From positions 59,854 to 123,853 of the forward strand of contig CAVXYE010000005.1 of assembly GCA_963765865.1 (NCBI GenBank): 64,000 nt of DNA, read 5' to 3'. Both the position numbers and the translations under genes were made by a program. This document shows positions 38,657 to 46,792 of this stretch, one piece after another (the first letter of the stretch is position 1; every line of letters begins with the position of its first letter). The notes beneath the pieces were generated by a model, which did not search any database, was not told the DNA's origin, and saw nothing but the letters and a program-made list of their open reading frames with translations. This stretch comes from an uncultured Actinomycetes bacterium. GTDB lineage: Bacteria > Actinomycetota > UBA4738 > HRBIN12.

Positions 38657-39783
38657 GGCGCTCGAATGGCCGAACCGGGAGCGATGGATCGACGTCGCCT
38701 GGGTGCTCTTCTCGCTGGCCAATCTCGCCGCGATGCTCCTCATCCCCTCGTGGGAGACGGTGCCGTTCCACTTCATCTGGGTGAGCTTGACGGTCCTGTA
38801 CGGCTTCCGCGTCTGGCGGACGAGACCCACCTTGACCGTGCTCGGCGTCGTGATGGTGACGACGGGTGTGTTCATCGGGATCGACTATCGCGAAAGGGGC
38901 GCAGCCGCTCGACGAGCTCACCGAGGTCCCGCTGATGGCCGCGATGTTCCTGGCGATGGTGTGGCATGCGCGTCGCCGGCTAACCGCGATGAAGGAGACC
39001 GAGCGCGTGTCCATGGAGAACCTGCGGCTCCTCGAGCGTGAGCGGCGATTCGTGCAGGATGCGTCGCACGAGCTCCGGACGCCGATCACGGTCGCCCTCG
39101 GCCACACGGAGCTGATCCAGCGTCGTGCCACGGATCCGACGATCGTCGACGACGTGGACGTGATCGCGGACGAGCTGGCGCGCCTGCGGCGCCTCGTCGA
39201 CGGTCTGCTCCTGCTCGCGGGAACCGAGGACCCTCAGCAGCTCCACCTGGTCCCCGTGGACGTGGCGGAGATCGTCGTCGACGCGTTCCGGCGTTGGGCG
39301 GCGACGCCCCGTCGGTGGGTGCTCGGTGCCGCCGAGGAGGCGATCGTCCTGGCCGACCGCGACCGGTTGGCCGTGGCGTTCGATGCGCTGATCGAGAACG
39401 CGGTGCAACACACGCGCGAGCAGGACACGATCGAGGTCGCCGTCCGTCGACGCGACGGCACGGCGGTCGTCTCGTTCCGCGACACGGGGACGGGGATCCC
39501 GGATGAAGATCTCGATCGCATCTTCGACCGTTTCGCCCGGGCGGACCCCGGCCGCAGCCGGCACACCGGCGGGTTCGGATTGGGGTTGTCCATCGTTCGA
39601 GCGATCGTCGAGGCTCACCTCGGCACGATCCACGTGATGAGCCGGGTCGACGTCGGAACGACCTTCGAGATCGATCTTCCGCTCGCGGCGAACGCCGATC
39701 GGGCTCACCCCCCGGCGAACGTGGCCGACAGGACCGCTGAGCGCGTGACCGTCGAAGGCGGGGCTCGTGGTCATCGCGGGTGA
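38646..39783 (+). pseudogene. Sensor histidine kinase (intramembrane-sensing type) with one frame break near 38885-38900
   Basis: The N-terminal TM region (MRPEALEW...VVMVTTGVFIGIDY) is in one frame. The rest (KGAQPLDELTEVPLMAAMFLAMV...FVQDASHELRTP...N/G boxes FRDTGTGIP, GGFGLGLSIV) is in the +1 frame. The switch is at a GAAAGGGG run. Length is 1 mod 3. Confidence 0.8.
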
Positions 39784-40588
39784 TCCCGTGGCGCTCGGTG
39801 TCGTGGCCGCCGGCCTCGGGTACCTGGTCGCGGACGGACGCGTCCGGCGCGCGCGCGGTCGCGTTCCGCGACCCCGCGCCCGCCTCGCCTTCTTCGCCGG
39901 CCTCGGGGTGCTCGTCATCGCCCTCACGGGTCCCCTCGACGCCGCCGTCAGCACCTCGTTCTCGGTCCACATGGTCCAGCACCTGCTCCTCACGATGGTC
40001 GCCGCCCCCCTCCTGTTGCTCGGCGCGCCCGTCACGCTCGCGCTGCAGGCCTGGCCGGGCACGCCGCGCCGGTGGCTCCTCGCGACGCTCCGGAGCGCAC
40101 CGGCGCGCCTGCTCGGCAACCCGCTCGTCGCCTGGGCGCTCTTCTTCGTGGTGCTCTGGGGCATCCATTTCACGAGCCTCTACGAGGCCGCGCTGCGGAA
40201 CGACGGCGTGCACGCGCTCGAGCACATCGCGCTCCTCGGGACCGCGCTGCTGTTCTGGATGCCGATCGTCCGGGCCGATCCGGTGACGTCCGGGCTCTCG
40301 TATCCGGCGCGGATCCTCTACCTCTTCGTGGCCATGCCCGCCATGGCGTTCCTCGGTCTCACGATCGTGACGTCCCGCCACGTGCTGTACCCGGCGTATG
40401 CACAGGCCGACGGCGTCGCGCGCGCTCTGGCGGATCAGCGGGCCGCCGGGGCGATCATGTGGGCCGGCACGATGGTCTTGATCGTCCCCGCGTTGGGCCT
40501 CGTCTTGCTCGACTGGATGCGCGCGGACGAACGGGAGGCCGCGAGGGTTGACGCCCGGCTCGAGCGGGCGACGGCGAGAGGAGCATGA
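39767..40588 (+). CDS. ctaG: Cytochrome c oxidase assembly factor CtaG (caa3_CtaG family membrane protein)
   Basis: 273 aa, polytopic. Contains the FSVHMVQHLLLTMVAAPLLLLGAP and HALEHIALLGTALLFW motifs. Overlaps the end of the kinase gene. Confidence 0.8.
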   Translation: MVIAGDPVALGVVAAGLGYLVADGRVRRARGRVPRPRARLAFFAGLGVLVIALTGPLDAAVSTSFSVHMVQHLLLTMVAAPLLLLGAPVTLALQAWPGTPRRWLLATLRSAPARLLGNPLVAWALFFVVLWGIHFTSLYEAALRNDGVHALEHIALLGTALLFWMPIVRADPVTSGLSYPARILYLFVAMPAMAFLGLTIVTSRHVLYPAYAQADGVARALADQRAAGAIMWAGTMVLIVPALGLVLLDWMRADEREAARVDARLERATARGA

Positions 40589-40770
40589 TGGGTTCTCGTG
40601 AACGATGCCTGCGGTGCGGCGGCCCGGTGGCCGACGGCGTGGCGATCTGTCACCGCTGTAACCCGGCGAGCCTTCCGAGCCCGAGCCGCACGCAGTACCA
40701 CGCCACGGTGTTCCTCGTGGTGCTCGTGACGTTGGTGCTCACGGCGGGCGTGCTGATCGCCCGGGGCTGA
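40585..40770 (+). CDS. Small zinc-ribbon protein with a C-terminal TM helix (61 aa)
   Basis: Has CLRCG...CHRC followed by the TM segment VFLVVLVTLVLTAGVLIA. Its ATG overlaps the ctaG stop (ATGA). Confidence 0.5.
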   Translation: MMGSRERCLRCGGPVADGVAICHRCNPASLPSPSRTQYHATVFLVVLVTLVLTAGVLIARG

Positions 40771-40775
40771 TCCGG

Positions 40776-41147
40776 TTACGGCGCTTCGCCTGCGTGCGAG
40801 CGAGCGACGTCGCGGAGCCACCCCGCTGCCGAGAGCGCCGCGACGAGCCCGCCGAGGATCACGATCCACTGGCTGACGATCAGTCCCACGGCCAGGATGA
40901 CCCCCGCGATCGCGAACGCGAACGGCCAGATCGTCGGAGCCACCTGGATCTCGGCCTCCTCCTCCGGCTGGCCCTCGGCCTCGCGGGCTCCAGCGAGCCG
41001 CAAGATGACCCCGAGGAAGCAGAAGGTCACGGCCGACACCAGCAGCTCCGTCGTCCCGGCGTGCTCGTGGCTCGTGAGCCCGTAGACACCGCCGGTCACC
41101 GCGAGGAAGAGCGCCAGACCGAGACAGATCCGCGACAGCGTGCTCAT
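40776..41147 (-). CDS. ctaF: Cytochrome c oxidase subunit IV (actinobacterial CtaF)
   Basis: 123 aa with four hydrophobic helices, located directly downstream of ctaE. Its size and position are typical of CtaF. Confidence 0.75.
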   Translation of the reverse strand: MSTLSRICLGLALFLAVTGGVYGLTSHEHAGTTELLVSAVTFCFLGVILRLAGAREAEGQPEEEAEIQVAPTIWPFAFAIAGVILAVGLIVSQWIVILGGLVAALSAAGWLRDVARSHAGEAP

Positions 41148-41151
41148 CGGC

Positions 41152-41739
41152 TCACCTCGGTGTCAGCAGGTAGAAGGTCGTGAACAGGCACAGCCAGACG
41201 ACATCGACGAAATCCCAGTAGATCGCCCCCGCCGCGAGGGGATCGTGATGCGTCGGCGAGAGGCGCCCCCGCAACCCCTGCCCGAAGACGAGGGCGAGGA
41301 AGACGACGCCTCCGATCACGTGCGCCATGTGGATGCCGGTCATCACGTAGAACAGCGTGCCGAAGACGCCATCCTTCAACCCGAACCCCAGCTGCGAATA
41401 GTCGTACAGCTGCAGCCCCAGGAAGAGCACGCCGAGCCCGATCGTGGCGCCGAGCCACCACAAGGCCTGCCGCCGCCTCCCGTCACGGGTGGCCCGCAGC
41501 GAGAGCTGAACGGCGACGCTGCTCACCACCAGGACCACGGTGAGGATCGACGCGATGTCGATCTTGAGGTGGGGGACATCCGGAGGCGGCCAGACGGGAG
41601 CGTTCGCCCGGATCGTGAAGTACCCACCGAAGAAGGCAGCGAAGAACATCGCCTCCGAGGCCACGAACAGGACCATCCCGAGCACGGGCCCGCTCATCTC
41701 CGGCCGTGCGCGCTCCCTCTGCGTCGTGACGTCGCTCAT
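41152..41739 (-). CDS. ctaE: Cytochrome c oxidase subunit III
   Basis: 195 aa counted from MSDVTTQ. Contains FVASEAMFFAAFF, FYVMTGIHMAHVIGG and YWDFVDVVWL. Confidence 0.9.
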   Translation of the reverse strand: MSDVTTQRERARPEMSGPVLGMVLFVASEAMFFAAFFGGYFTIRANAPVWPPPDVPHLKIDIASILTVVLVVSSVAVQLSLRATRDGRRRQALWWLGATIGLGVLFLGLQLYDYSQLGFGLKDGVFGTLFYVMTGIHMAHVIGGVVFLALVFGQGLRGRLSPTHHDPLAAGAIYWDFVDVVWLCLFTTFYLLTPR

Positions 41740-43364
41740 GTCGTCGGCTCCTGCTCGGCCATCCGCCGGTCGTACGCCGGACGATCCGAGCGGATCGTCG
41801 GGAGCACATCGAAGTTGTGGGCCGGCGGCGGCGAGGACGTCATCCATTCGAGCGTGTTGGCGCCCCACGGGTCGTCGGGAGCCGTTCGCGGCTTCCGCAG
41901 GGTCAGGAAGATGTTGAGGAAGAACAGGATCATCGCCGTCGCGATCACGAACGCACCGATCGATGCCAGGAGGTTCAGGAAGCTCCACCCGAGGTCGGGC
42001 GGGTAGTCGGCGATCCGCCGAGGCATCCCGCGCAGGCCGAGGATGTGCATGGGGAAGAACGTCAGGTTGAACCCGATCAGCTGCAGCCAGAACTGCCAGA
42101 TCCCCAGCGGCCGGGACAGCATCCGCCCCGTCATCTTCGGGAACCAATAGAACATCGCCGCCATCACGCCGAAGAGCGTGCCGCCGAACAGCACGTAGTG
42201 CAGGTGGGCGACGACCCAATAGGTGTCGTGGATCGCGAAGTCCATGGCCGGAGAGGCAGCCCAGACGCCGTCGATCCCTCCGATCAGGAACATCGCGATG
42301 AAGCCGAGCGCGAACAGCATCGGGGGTTCGAACCGGAGCTTCCCGCGCCAGAGCGTCGCCAGCCAGATGAAGAACAGCACTCCCGTCGGGATCGAGATCA
42401 GCTCGGTGGTCACGCTGAAGAACGGCAGCTCGACGGCTCCGGTCGCGAACATGTGATGCGCCCACACGCTGAAGGACAGCGCCGTGATCAACAGGAACGC
42501 GAGGATCACGCCCCGGTAGCTGAAGATCGGCTTGCCCGAGAACACCGCGATGATCTCGGTGACGACGCCCCACGCTCCGAGGATCAGCATGTAGACCTCG
42601 GGATGGCCGAAGAACCAGAAGACGTTCTGCCACAGGATGACGACGCCTCCTCGGTTCGGGTCGAAGAAGCTCGTACCGAGCTGACGGTCCGAGAACACCA
42701 TGATCAGGCCGGCCGTGAGGACGGGCGCGGCGAGGATCACGAGGAGCGAGGTCGCGAGGATGCTCCACGTGAACACGGGCATCCGCATCATCGTCATACC
42801 GGGCGCCCGCATGCGAAGGATCGTCACGACGAAGTTGATGCCCCCCAGGATCGATGCGGTGCCGACGAGGATCAGGCCCACGATCCACAGGTCCTGCCCC
42901 GTGCCGAGCTGTTCCGCGAGCGGTGGGTAGCCGGTCCATCCAGCCGCCGCGGCCCCGCCGTGGGTGAGGAACCCCGCAAGGATCGTGAGCCCGCCGGCGG
43001 GGAGCAGCCAGAAGGACAGGGCGTTGATCCTGGGGAAGGCCATGTCGAGCGCGCCGATCTGCAGGGGCACGAAGTAGTTCCCGAACCCCGCGAGCAGGGG
43101 GAAGATGACCAGGAAGATCATCAGCGTCCCGTGGAGCGTGAACAGCTGGTTGTAGGCATGCGGGGCGAAGATCTGCGTCCCGGGCCGGGCGAGCTCGGTC
43201 CGCATCAACAGCGCGAAGAGGCCCGCCACGGCGAAGAACGCGAAGCTGTTGATCAGGTAGAGGAGCCCGATCTTCTTGTGGTCGGTCGTCGTGAGCCAGT
43301 CGAGGAACCGGCCCCGTTCGGGTTCCGGCGCGAGCGCCGCGGTCGGTGCCTCTTTCACCGCCAT
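41736..43364 (-). CDS. ctaD: Cytochrome c oxidase subunit I (aa3 type)
   Basis: 542 aa counted from MAVKEAP (GGAGG RBS). Contains TTDHKKIG, WFFGHPEVY and HHMF...VAHLHYV. Confidence 0.95.
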   Translation of the reverse strand: MAVKEAPTAALAPEPERGRFLDWLTTTDHKKIGLLYLINSFAFFAVAGLFALLMRTELARPGTQIFAPHAYNQLFTLHGTLMIFLVIFPLLAGFGNYFVPLQIGALDMAFPRINALSFWLLPAGGLTILAGFLTHGGAAAAGWTGYPPLAEQLGTGQDLWIVGLILVGTASILGGINFVVTILRMRAPGMTMMRMPVFTWSILATSLLVILAAPVLTAGLIMVFSDRQLGTSFFDPNRGGVVILWQNVFWFFGHPEVYMLILGAWGVVTEIIAVFSGKPIFSYRGVILAFLLITALSFSVWAHHMFATGAVELPFFSVTTELISIPTGVLFFIWLATLWRGKLRFEPPMLFALGFIAMFLIGGIDGVWAASPAMDFAIHDTYWVVAHLHYVLFGGTLFGVMAAMFYWFPKMTGRMLSRPLGIWQFWLQLIGFNLTFFPMHILGLRGMPRRIADYPPDLGWSFLNLLASIGAFVIATAMILFFLNIFLTLRKPRTAPDDPWGANTLEWMTSSPPPAHNFDVLPTIRSDRPAYDRRMAEQEPTT

Positions 43365-43380
43365 ACCGTGACCTCCGTCG

Positions 43381-44445
43381 TCATCCTGGGCTCGATCCTG
43401 GGGCCGCGACGACGAACGATCCCGACATCGCGGGCCCATGGACATCGCATTGGAAGTAGTAGTGCCCGGCCGGCAACCCCCCGACGTTCAACGTCTCGCT
43501 GGCCGGCCCGGTCAGTTTCGGCGAGGTGAAATAGGTCTTCTTCTCGAAGAAGCTGTCGTAGATCGAGAAGTTGTGCTGGATCCCGTCATCCTCGTTCGTG
43601 ACGCTCACGGTGAACGGCTGTTTGGCGGGAACCGCGAGACAGTTCGTGTTCCACGAGATGTTGTGCGCGATCAGCGTCAGGGGAGTCCCGGTGGGCGCAC
43701 AGGTGACGCTGGCGGCGGCCTTCCGCTCCTGCAAGATCCAAGCCGAGTAGTCGGGCGGGGAAACGACGTGCACGTCGAACGTCATCTTCGAGTGGAACAG
43801 GCCGCAGAACTCCGCGCATTGGGCATGGAACGTCCCGAGCACGGTCGGGGTGAACGTGAACGAGGTCATGCGCCCGGGGATCGCGTCGCGCTTGAACAAC
43901 AGATCCGGCACGAAGAAGGAATGGATCACGTCGCGGGACGTCAGGTCGATCTCGACCGGCTCGTCGACGGGCAGGTACATCTGCGCCGGTTGTTGCGGAG
44001 CCTCCTCCGAGGCCGTCTTGCCGGAGACGAAGATGCCCTCGTTGACGTAGAGGAAGGTCCATTCCCACTGGAACCCCTCGACGTGGATCTTCACCTGCGG
44101 GACGTCTGCCTTCTCGATCTTCATCAGCGTCGCTTCCCCGAAGGGGAAGAGCGTGGCGACGATGATGGCCGGGATCGCGAAGAAGACCCCGAGCGACCGG
44201 TTCCCACCGATCGTCTGCGGCGCCGGCGCGGTATCGCGCTTGCGGTAGCGCAGGACGCACCAGACGAGCAGCCCCTCGACGGCGAGGAACACCGGCGCCG
44301 CGAGGATCATGATGACCGTGTAGAGCTGGTGGACGTCCTGTCCCTGCGGGGAGATGCCCTCCTTGGCGCATCCGCCCAGGAACAGGAGCGATGCTCCCGC
44401 GAGGTACCTGGCTCCTCGAGGCCGGGCGACCGGCTCGGATCGGAT
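43381..44445 (-). CDS. ctaC: Cytochrome c oxidase subunit II (CuA) fused to a C-terminal type-1-copper cupredoxin domain; the N-terminal start region is disturbed
   Basis: CuA site VIHSF...HAQCAEFCGLFHSKM, then an extra ~105-aa domain with HNF...CDVHGPAM (His/Cys/His/Met). The first ATG (44310) lies after the in-frame lipoprotein signal RYLAGASLLFLGGC, which has no canonical start codon of its own. See the finding on the 5-nt duplication. Confidence 0.85.
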   Translation of the reverse strand: MRSEPVARPRGARYLAGASLLFLGGCAKEGISPQGQDVHQLYTVIMILAAPVFLAVEGLLVWCVLRYRKRDTAPAPQTIGGNRSLGVFFAIPAIIVATLFPFGEATLMKIEKADVPQVKIHVEGFQWEWTFLYVNEGIFVSGKTASEEAPQQPAQMYLPVDEPVEIDLTSRDVIHSFFVPDLLFKRDAIPGRMTSFTFTPTVLGTFHAQCAEFCGLFHSKMTFDVHVVSPPDYSAWILQERKAAASVTCAPTGTPLTLIAHNISWNTNCLAVPAKQPFTVSVTNEDDGIQHNFSIYDSFFEKKTYFTSPKLTGPASETLNVGGLPAGHYYFQCDVHGPAMSGSFVVAAPGSSPG

Positions 44446-44455
44446 CGCACCCCGG

Positions 44456-44980
44456 TCAGGTCACGGTGAACTGGGCGACCATCCCCTTCGCGGCGTGCGG
44501 TGGTCCGTTCTCGCCGCCGCTCTGGGTGCCGGTCTGCCAACACGCGAACGCGTAGTTCCCCGGCGGGAGGTAGAGGGTTTCGACGACGCTCGCGCCGGTG
44601 TCCGCGGGCCCGAAGTCGCCGCCGATGTGCAGCCACAGGTCCTCCGAGTTGGTGCCCCCGGTCGGCCCGCTCGCCTGCGCCGCGGAGATGACGTCCTGCG
44701 CGCTCTTCCCGGTGGGCAGCGCGATCGGGATCATCTCGTGCGTGATCGGGAACGACTCCTTGTTCTCGAATAGGAAGGTCACGATGCCCGAAGACAACGT
44801 CGTCGGGACACCGTTGTATCGGAAGTTCTGAACGAAGATCGTGGCGGCTGGCGTGACCCCGCCGCCCCCCGAGCTGGATGACGACGAGCACGACGACGCC
44901 ACGATCATCCCGACCGCGACGAGTACCGGGAACCTCCACGCACCACGGACCGACCGGAACGACCGCAACGAGCGCACCAT
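44456..44980 (-). CDS. Lipoprotein with a cupredoxin-like domain (possible blue-copper electron carrier)
   Basis: 174 aa. Signal with lipobox IVASSC and a Ser/Gly linker, followed by a beta-rich domain. Candidate ligands are THEM...FACWQTGTQSGGENGPPHAAKGM (His, Cys, His, Met with an unusually long Cys-His loop). It lies immediately upstream of ctaC. Confidence 0.55.
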   Translation of the reverse strand: MVRSLRSFRSVRGAWRFPVLVAVGMIVASSCSSSSSSGGGGVTPAATIFVQNFRYNGVPTTLSSGIVTFLFENKESFPITHEMIPIALPTGKSAQDVISAAQASGPTGGTNSEDLWLHIGGDFGPADTGASVVETLYLPPGNYAFACWQTGTQSGGENGPPHAAKGMVAQFTVT

Positions 44981-45046
44981 CCAACCCCCTCGTCGAGACG
45001 CGCAAACGTTCTGACGCCCAACGATGGTCCGCGGATCCCGCTCGCT

Positions 45047-45060
45047 GCAAGCGTCATGAC
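45047..45060. promoter_or_regulatory. 14-bp perfect palindrome TGACAGGACTGTCA, candidate operator upstream of the cupredoxin-cta operon
   Basis: Lies 66 nt upstream of the 44980 start. It differs at only one spacer base from the site at 37868-37881. Confidence 0.4.
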
Positions 45061-45101
45061 AGGACTGTCACCTTCGTGCGGAGGCGCCTGCCTGCTCTGC
45101 C

Positions 45102-45115
45102 GCTACCGTGATGTC
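45102..45115. promoter_or_regulatory. Degenerate second copy (TGTCACGACTGTCA) of the operator motif
   Basis: Matches the palindrome at 12 of 14 positions. It also reads as a direct repeat TGTCA-N4-TGTCA. It lies 55 bp from the perfect site. Confidence 0.3.
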
Positions 45116-45193
45116 ACGACTGTCATCTGGCCGAAGCCGGCGTTCGGGCTCCGATCCGATGGTGGGGCTGCGCGAGGGAACAACGCGATCCGA

Positions 45194-45361
45194 TCAGGCG
45201 GTGCGGCGGGCCCCCATGGGCCGTCGCCGTCTCGGACGCACGTCCGGGAGGGATCGCACCGGACGCCGGGGACCTAACCTCGCGGCTCCGGCCCGCGCCA
45301 GCTGCTCGTACAGACGTTCGTACTCCCGATCGAGCTTCGCGTTCCAGTCCCGGCGTGGCAT
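45194..45361 (-). CDS. Possible small basic protein (55 aa)
   Basis: ATG at 45361 preceded by GAGGAGG at ~9 nt. Translation is MPRRDWNAKLDREYERLYEQLARAGAARL..., and the Arg-rich tail is less convincing. The longer 219-aa ORF that contains it is antisense to the CBS gene and is rejected. Confidence 0.3.
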   Translation of the reverse strand: MPRRDWNAKLDREYERLYEQLARAGAARLGPRRPVRSLPDVRPRRRRPMGARRTA

Positions 45362-45434
45362 GACTCGTGACCTCCTCGCGATCCGACGAGTCCCCCATAC
45401 CCCGAGCGAACACTCGATATGCGCGCGGATCGAC

Positions 45435-45460
45435 GTTTCATACGGGTCGGTTCGGGGAAA
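45435..45460 (+). promoter_or_regulatory. SigB/SigF-type promoter candidate (GTTT-N15-GGGGAA)
   Basis: GTTT at 45435-45438, a 15-nt spacer, then GGGGAAA from 45454. It lies 52 nt upstream of the CBS gene ATG. Confidence 0.45.
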
Positions 45461-45512
45461 ATGACGACAGCGGTTCGTACCCAAAGCTCCCGTGCTGAAG
45501 GAGGGCGAGCGG

Positions 45513-46004
45513 ATGCTCCTGGTCCGGAACGTGATGACGGAGGACGTCAAGACGGTCTCTCCGGAGATGGATGCCTTCGATGTGGCGGGGGTGATGCGTT
45601 CGCACGACGTGGGATCGGCTCCGGTGGTTGACGGCGATGGCCACCTCGTTGGCATCGTGACGGACCGGGACCTGGTGATCCGGGTCCTCGGAGACCGTGC
45701 GGATCCCAAGGGGATCCGCGTCGGCGACGTCGCCACTCGCCGGTCGATCTTCACCATCAGCCCGGACGCCCAGGTCTCGGAGGCGCGCGCGCTCATGGCG
45801 GCGGAACGGATCCGGCGCTTGCCCGTCGTGAAAGGCGAGCGGCTCGTTGGCATCGTGTCGCTCGGCGACGTCGCCGAAGCAGACAGCTCCGCGCGCGCCG
45901 TCGGGGAAGCGCTGAAGGAGATCTCGGCATCTCCCGCAACGCTCGAGCGAGCCTTGCGGCCGGATCCGGGAACGCCGGACCGAGTGATGAAGCATCGGAG
46001 CTAG
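45513..46004 (+). CDS. CBS domain pair protein
   Basis: Counted from MLLVRNVMTEDVKTV (AAGGAGGG RBS). Two CBS motifs: HDVGSAPVVD..GHLVGIVTDRDL and RIRRLPVVKGERLVGIVSLGDV. Confidence 0.85.
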   Translation: MLLVRNVMTEDVKTVSPEMDAFDVAGVMRSHDVGSAPVVDGDGHLVGIVTDRDLVIRVLGDRADPKGIRVGDVATRRSIFTISPDAQVSEARALMAAERIRRLPVVKGERLVGIVSLGDVAEADSSARAVGEALKEISASPATLERALRPDPGTPDRVMKHRS

Positions 46005-46792
46005 CGGCGGTCCCCTTCCGGTTCGCTCGCGTCGTGGCCCCGAGCCTCGGTTCCTCGGATCTCGCTCCGGACGCGCTCGAGGCTCTGAGCGATCAACCGC
46101 GAGATGTGCATCTGCGAGATCCCGATCTCCTGCGCGATCTCGGTCTGGGTCATCCCTTTGAAGAAGCGGAGGTACAGGATGCGGCGCTCTCGGACGGGCA
46201 GCTTCTCCAGCGCCGGGGCGACCGACGCCCACCCTTCGGCGATCTCGAACGACGGGTCGGCGTGACCCACGGTTTCGCTCATCGCCGTCCCGTCCTCGGA
46301 GACGGCGGCGTCCAACGAAGCGGGCGAGTAGGCCTGGATGGCATCCATCGCCTCGATCACCGCTTCCTCCGTCAGGTCAGCCTGTCGGGCGATCTCGGTG
46401 ATGGTCGGCGACCGACCGAGGTCCTGCCACAGCGTCTCCAACGTCCGATGAACGAGCAGCGCCGACTCTTGCAACGACCGAGGAACGCGTATCGACCAGC
46501 CACGGTCGCGGAAATGGCGCTTCAGCTCGCCGGTGATCGTCACCGCCGCGAAGGTCGTGAACTGGACCCCACGGTCCGGATCGAATCGATCGACCGCATT
46601 CAGCAGGCCGAGGTCGGCGACCTGGATGAGATCGTCGAGGGATTCCCCACGTCCCGCGAACCGTCGGGCGAGGTGACGGGCGAGCGGCAGGAAGCGCTCG
46701 ACGAGCTCCTCTCGAGCAGCAGGATCCGGGAGCCGGCGGAAGAGTTCGACGGCTCCATCCGCATCGCTGGCCGGCCGGTCTTCCTCGCTCAC
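46001..46792 (-). CDS. SigB/SigF/SigG-family (group 3) RNA polymerase sigma factor
   Basis: 263 aa. Region 2 (DDLIQVADLGLLNAVDRFDP..G..FTTFA), region 3, and the region 4 HTH (TQTEIAQEIGISQMHISRL). Confidence 0.9.
   Translation of the reverse strand: MSEEDRPASDADGAVELFRRLPDPAAREELVERFLPLARHLARRFAGRGESLDDLIQVADLGLLNAVDRFDPDRGVQFTTFAAVTITGELKRHFRDRGWSIRVPRSLQESALLVHRTLETLWQDLGRSPTITEIARQADLTEEAVIEAMDAIQAYSPASLDAAVSEDGTAMSETVGHADPSFEIAEGWASVAPALEKLPVRERRILYLRFFKGMTQTEIAQEIGISQMHISRLIAQSLERVRSEIRGTEARGHDASEPEGDRR

Noticed and set aside
41817-43529. 570-aa plus-strand ORF
   Set aside because: It is antisense to ctaD. It is very Arg/Glu/Asp/His-rich and has no homology signal.
45362-45853. Upstream part of the 219-aa minus-strand ORF
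   Set aside because: It is antisense to the CBS-domain gene. Only the last 55 codons, which have their own RBS, were kept as a low-confidence small ORF.
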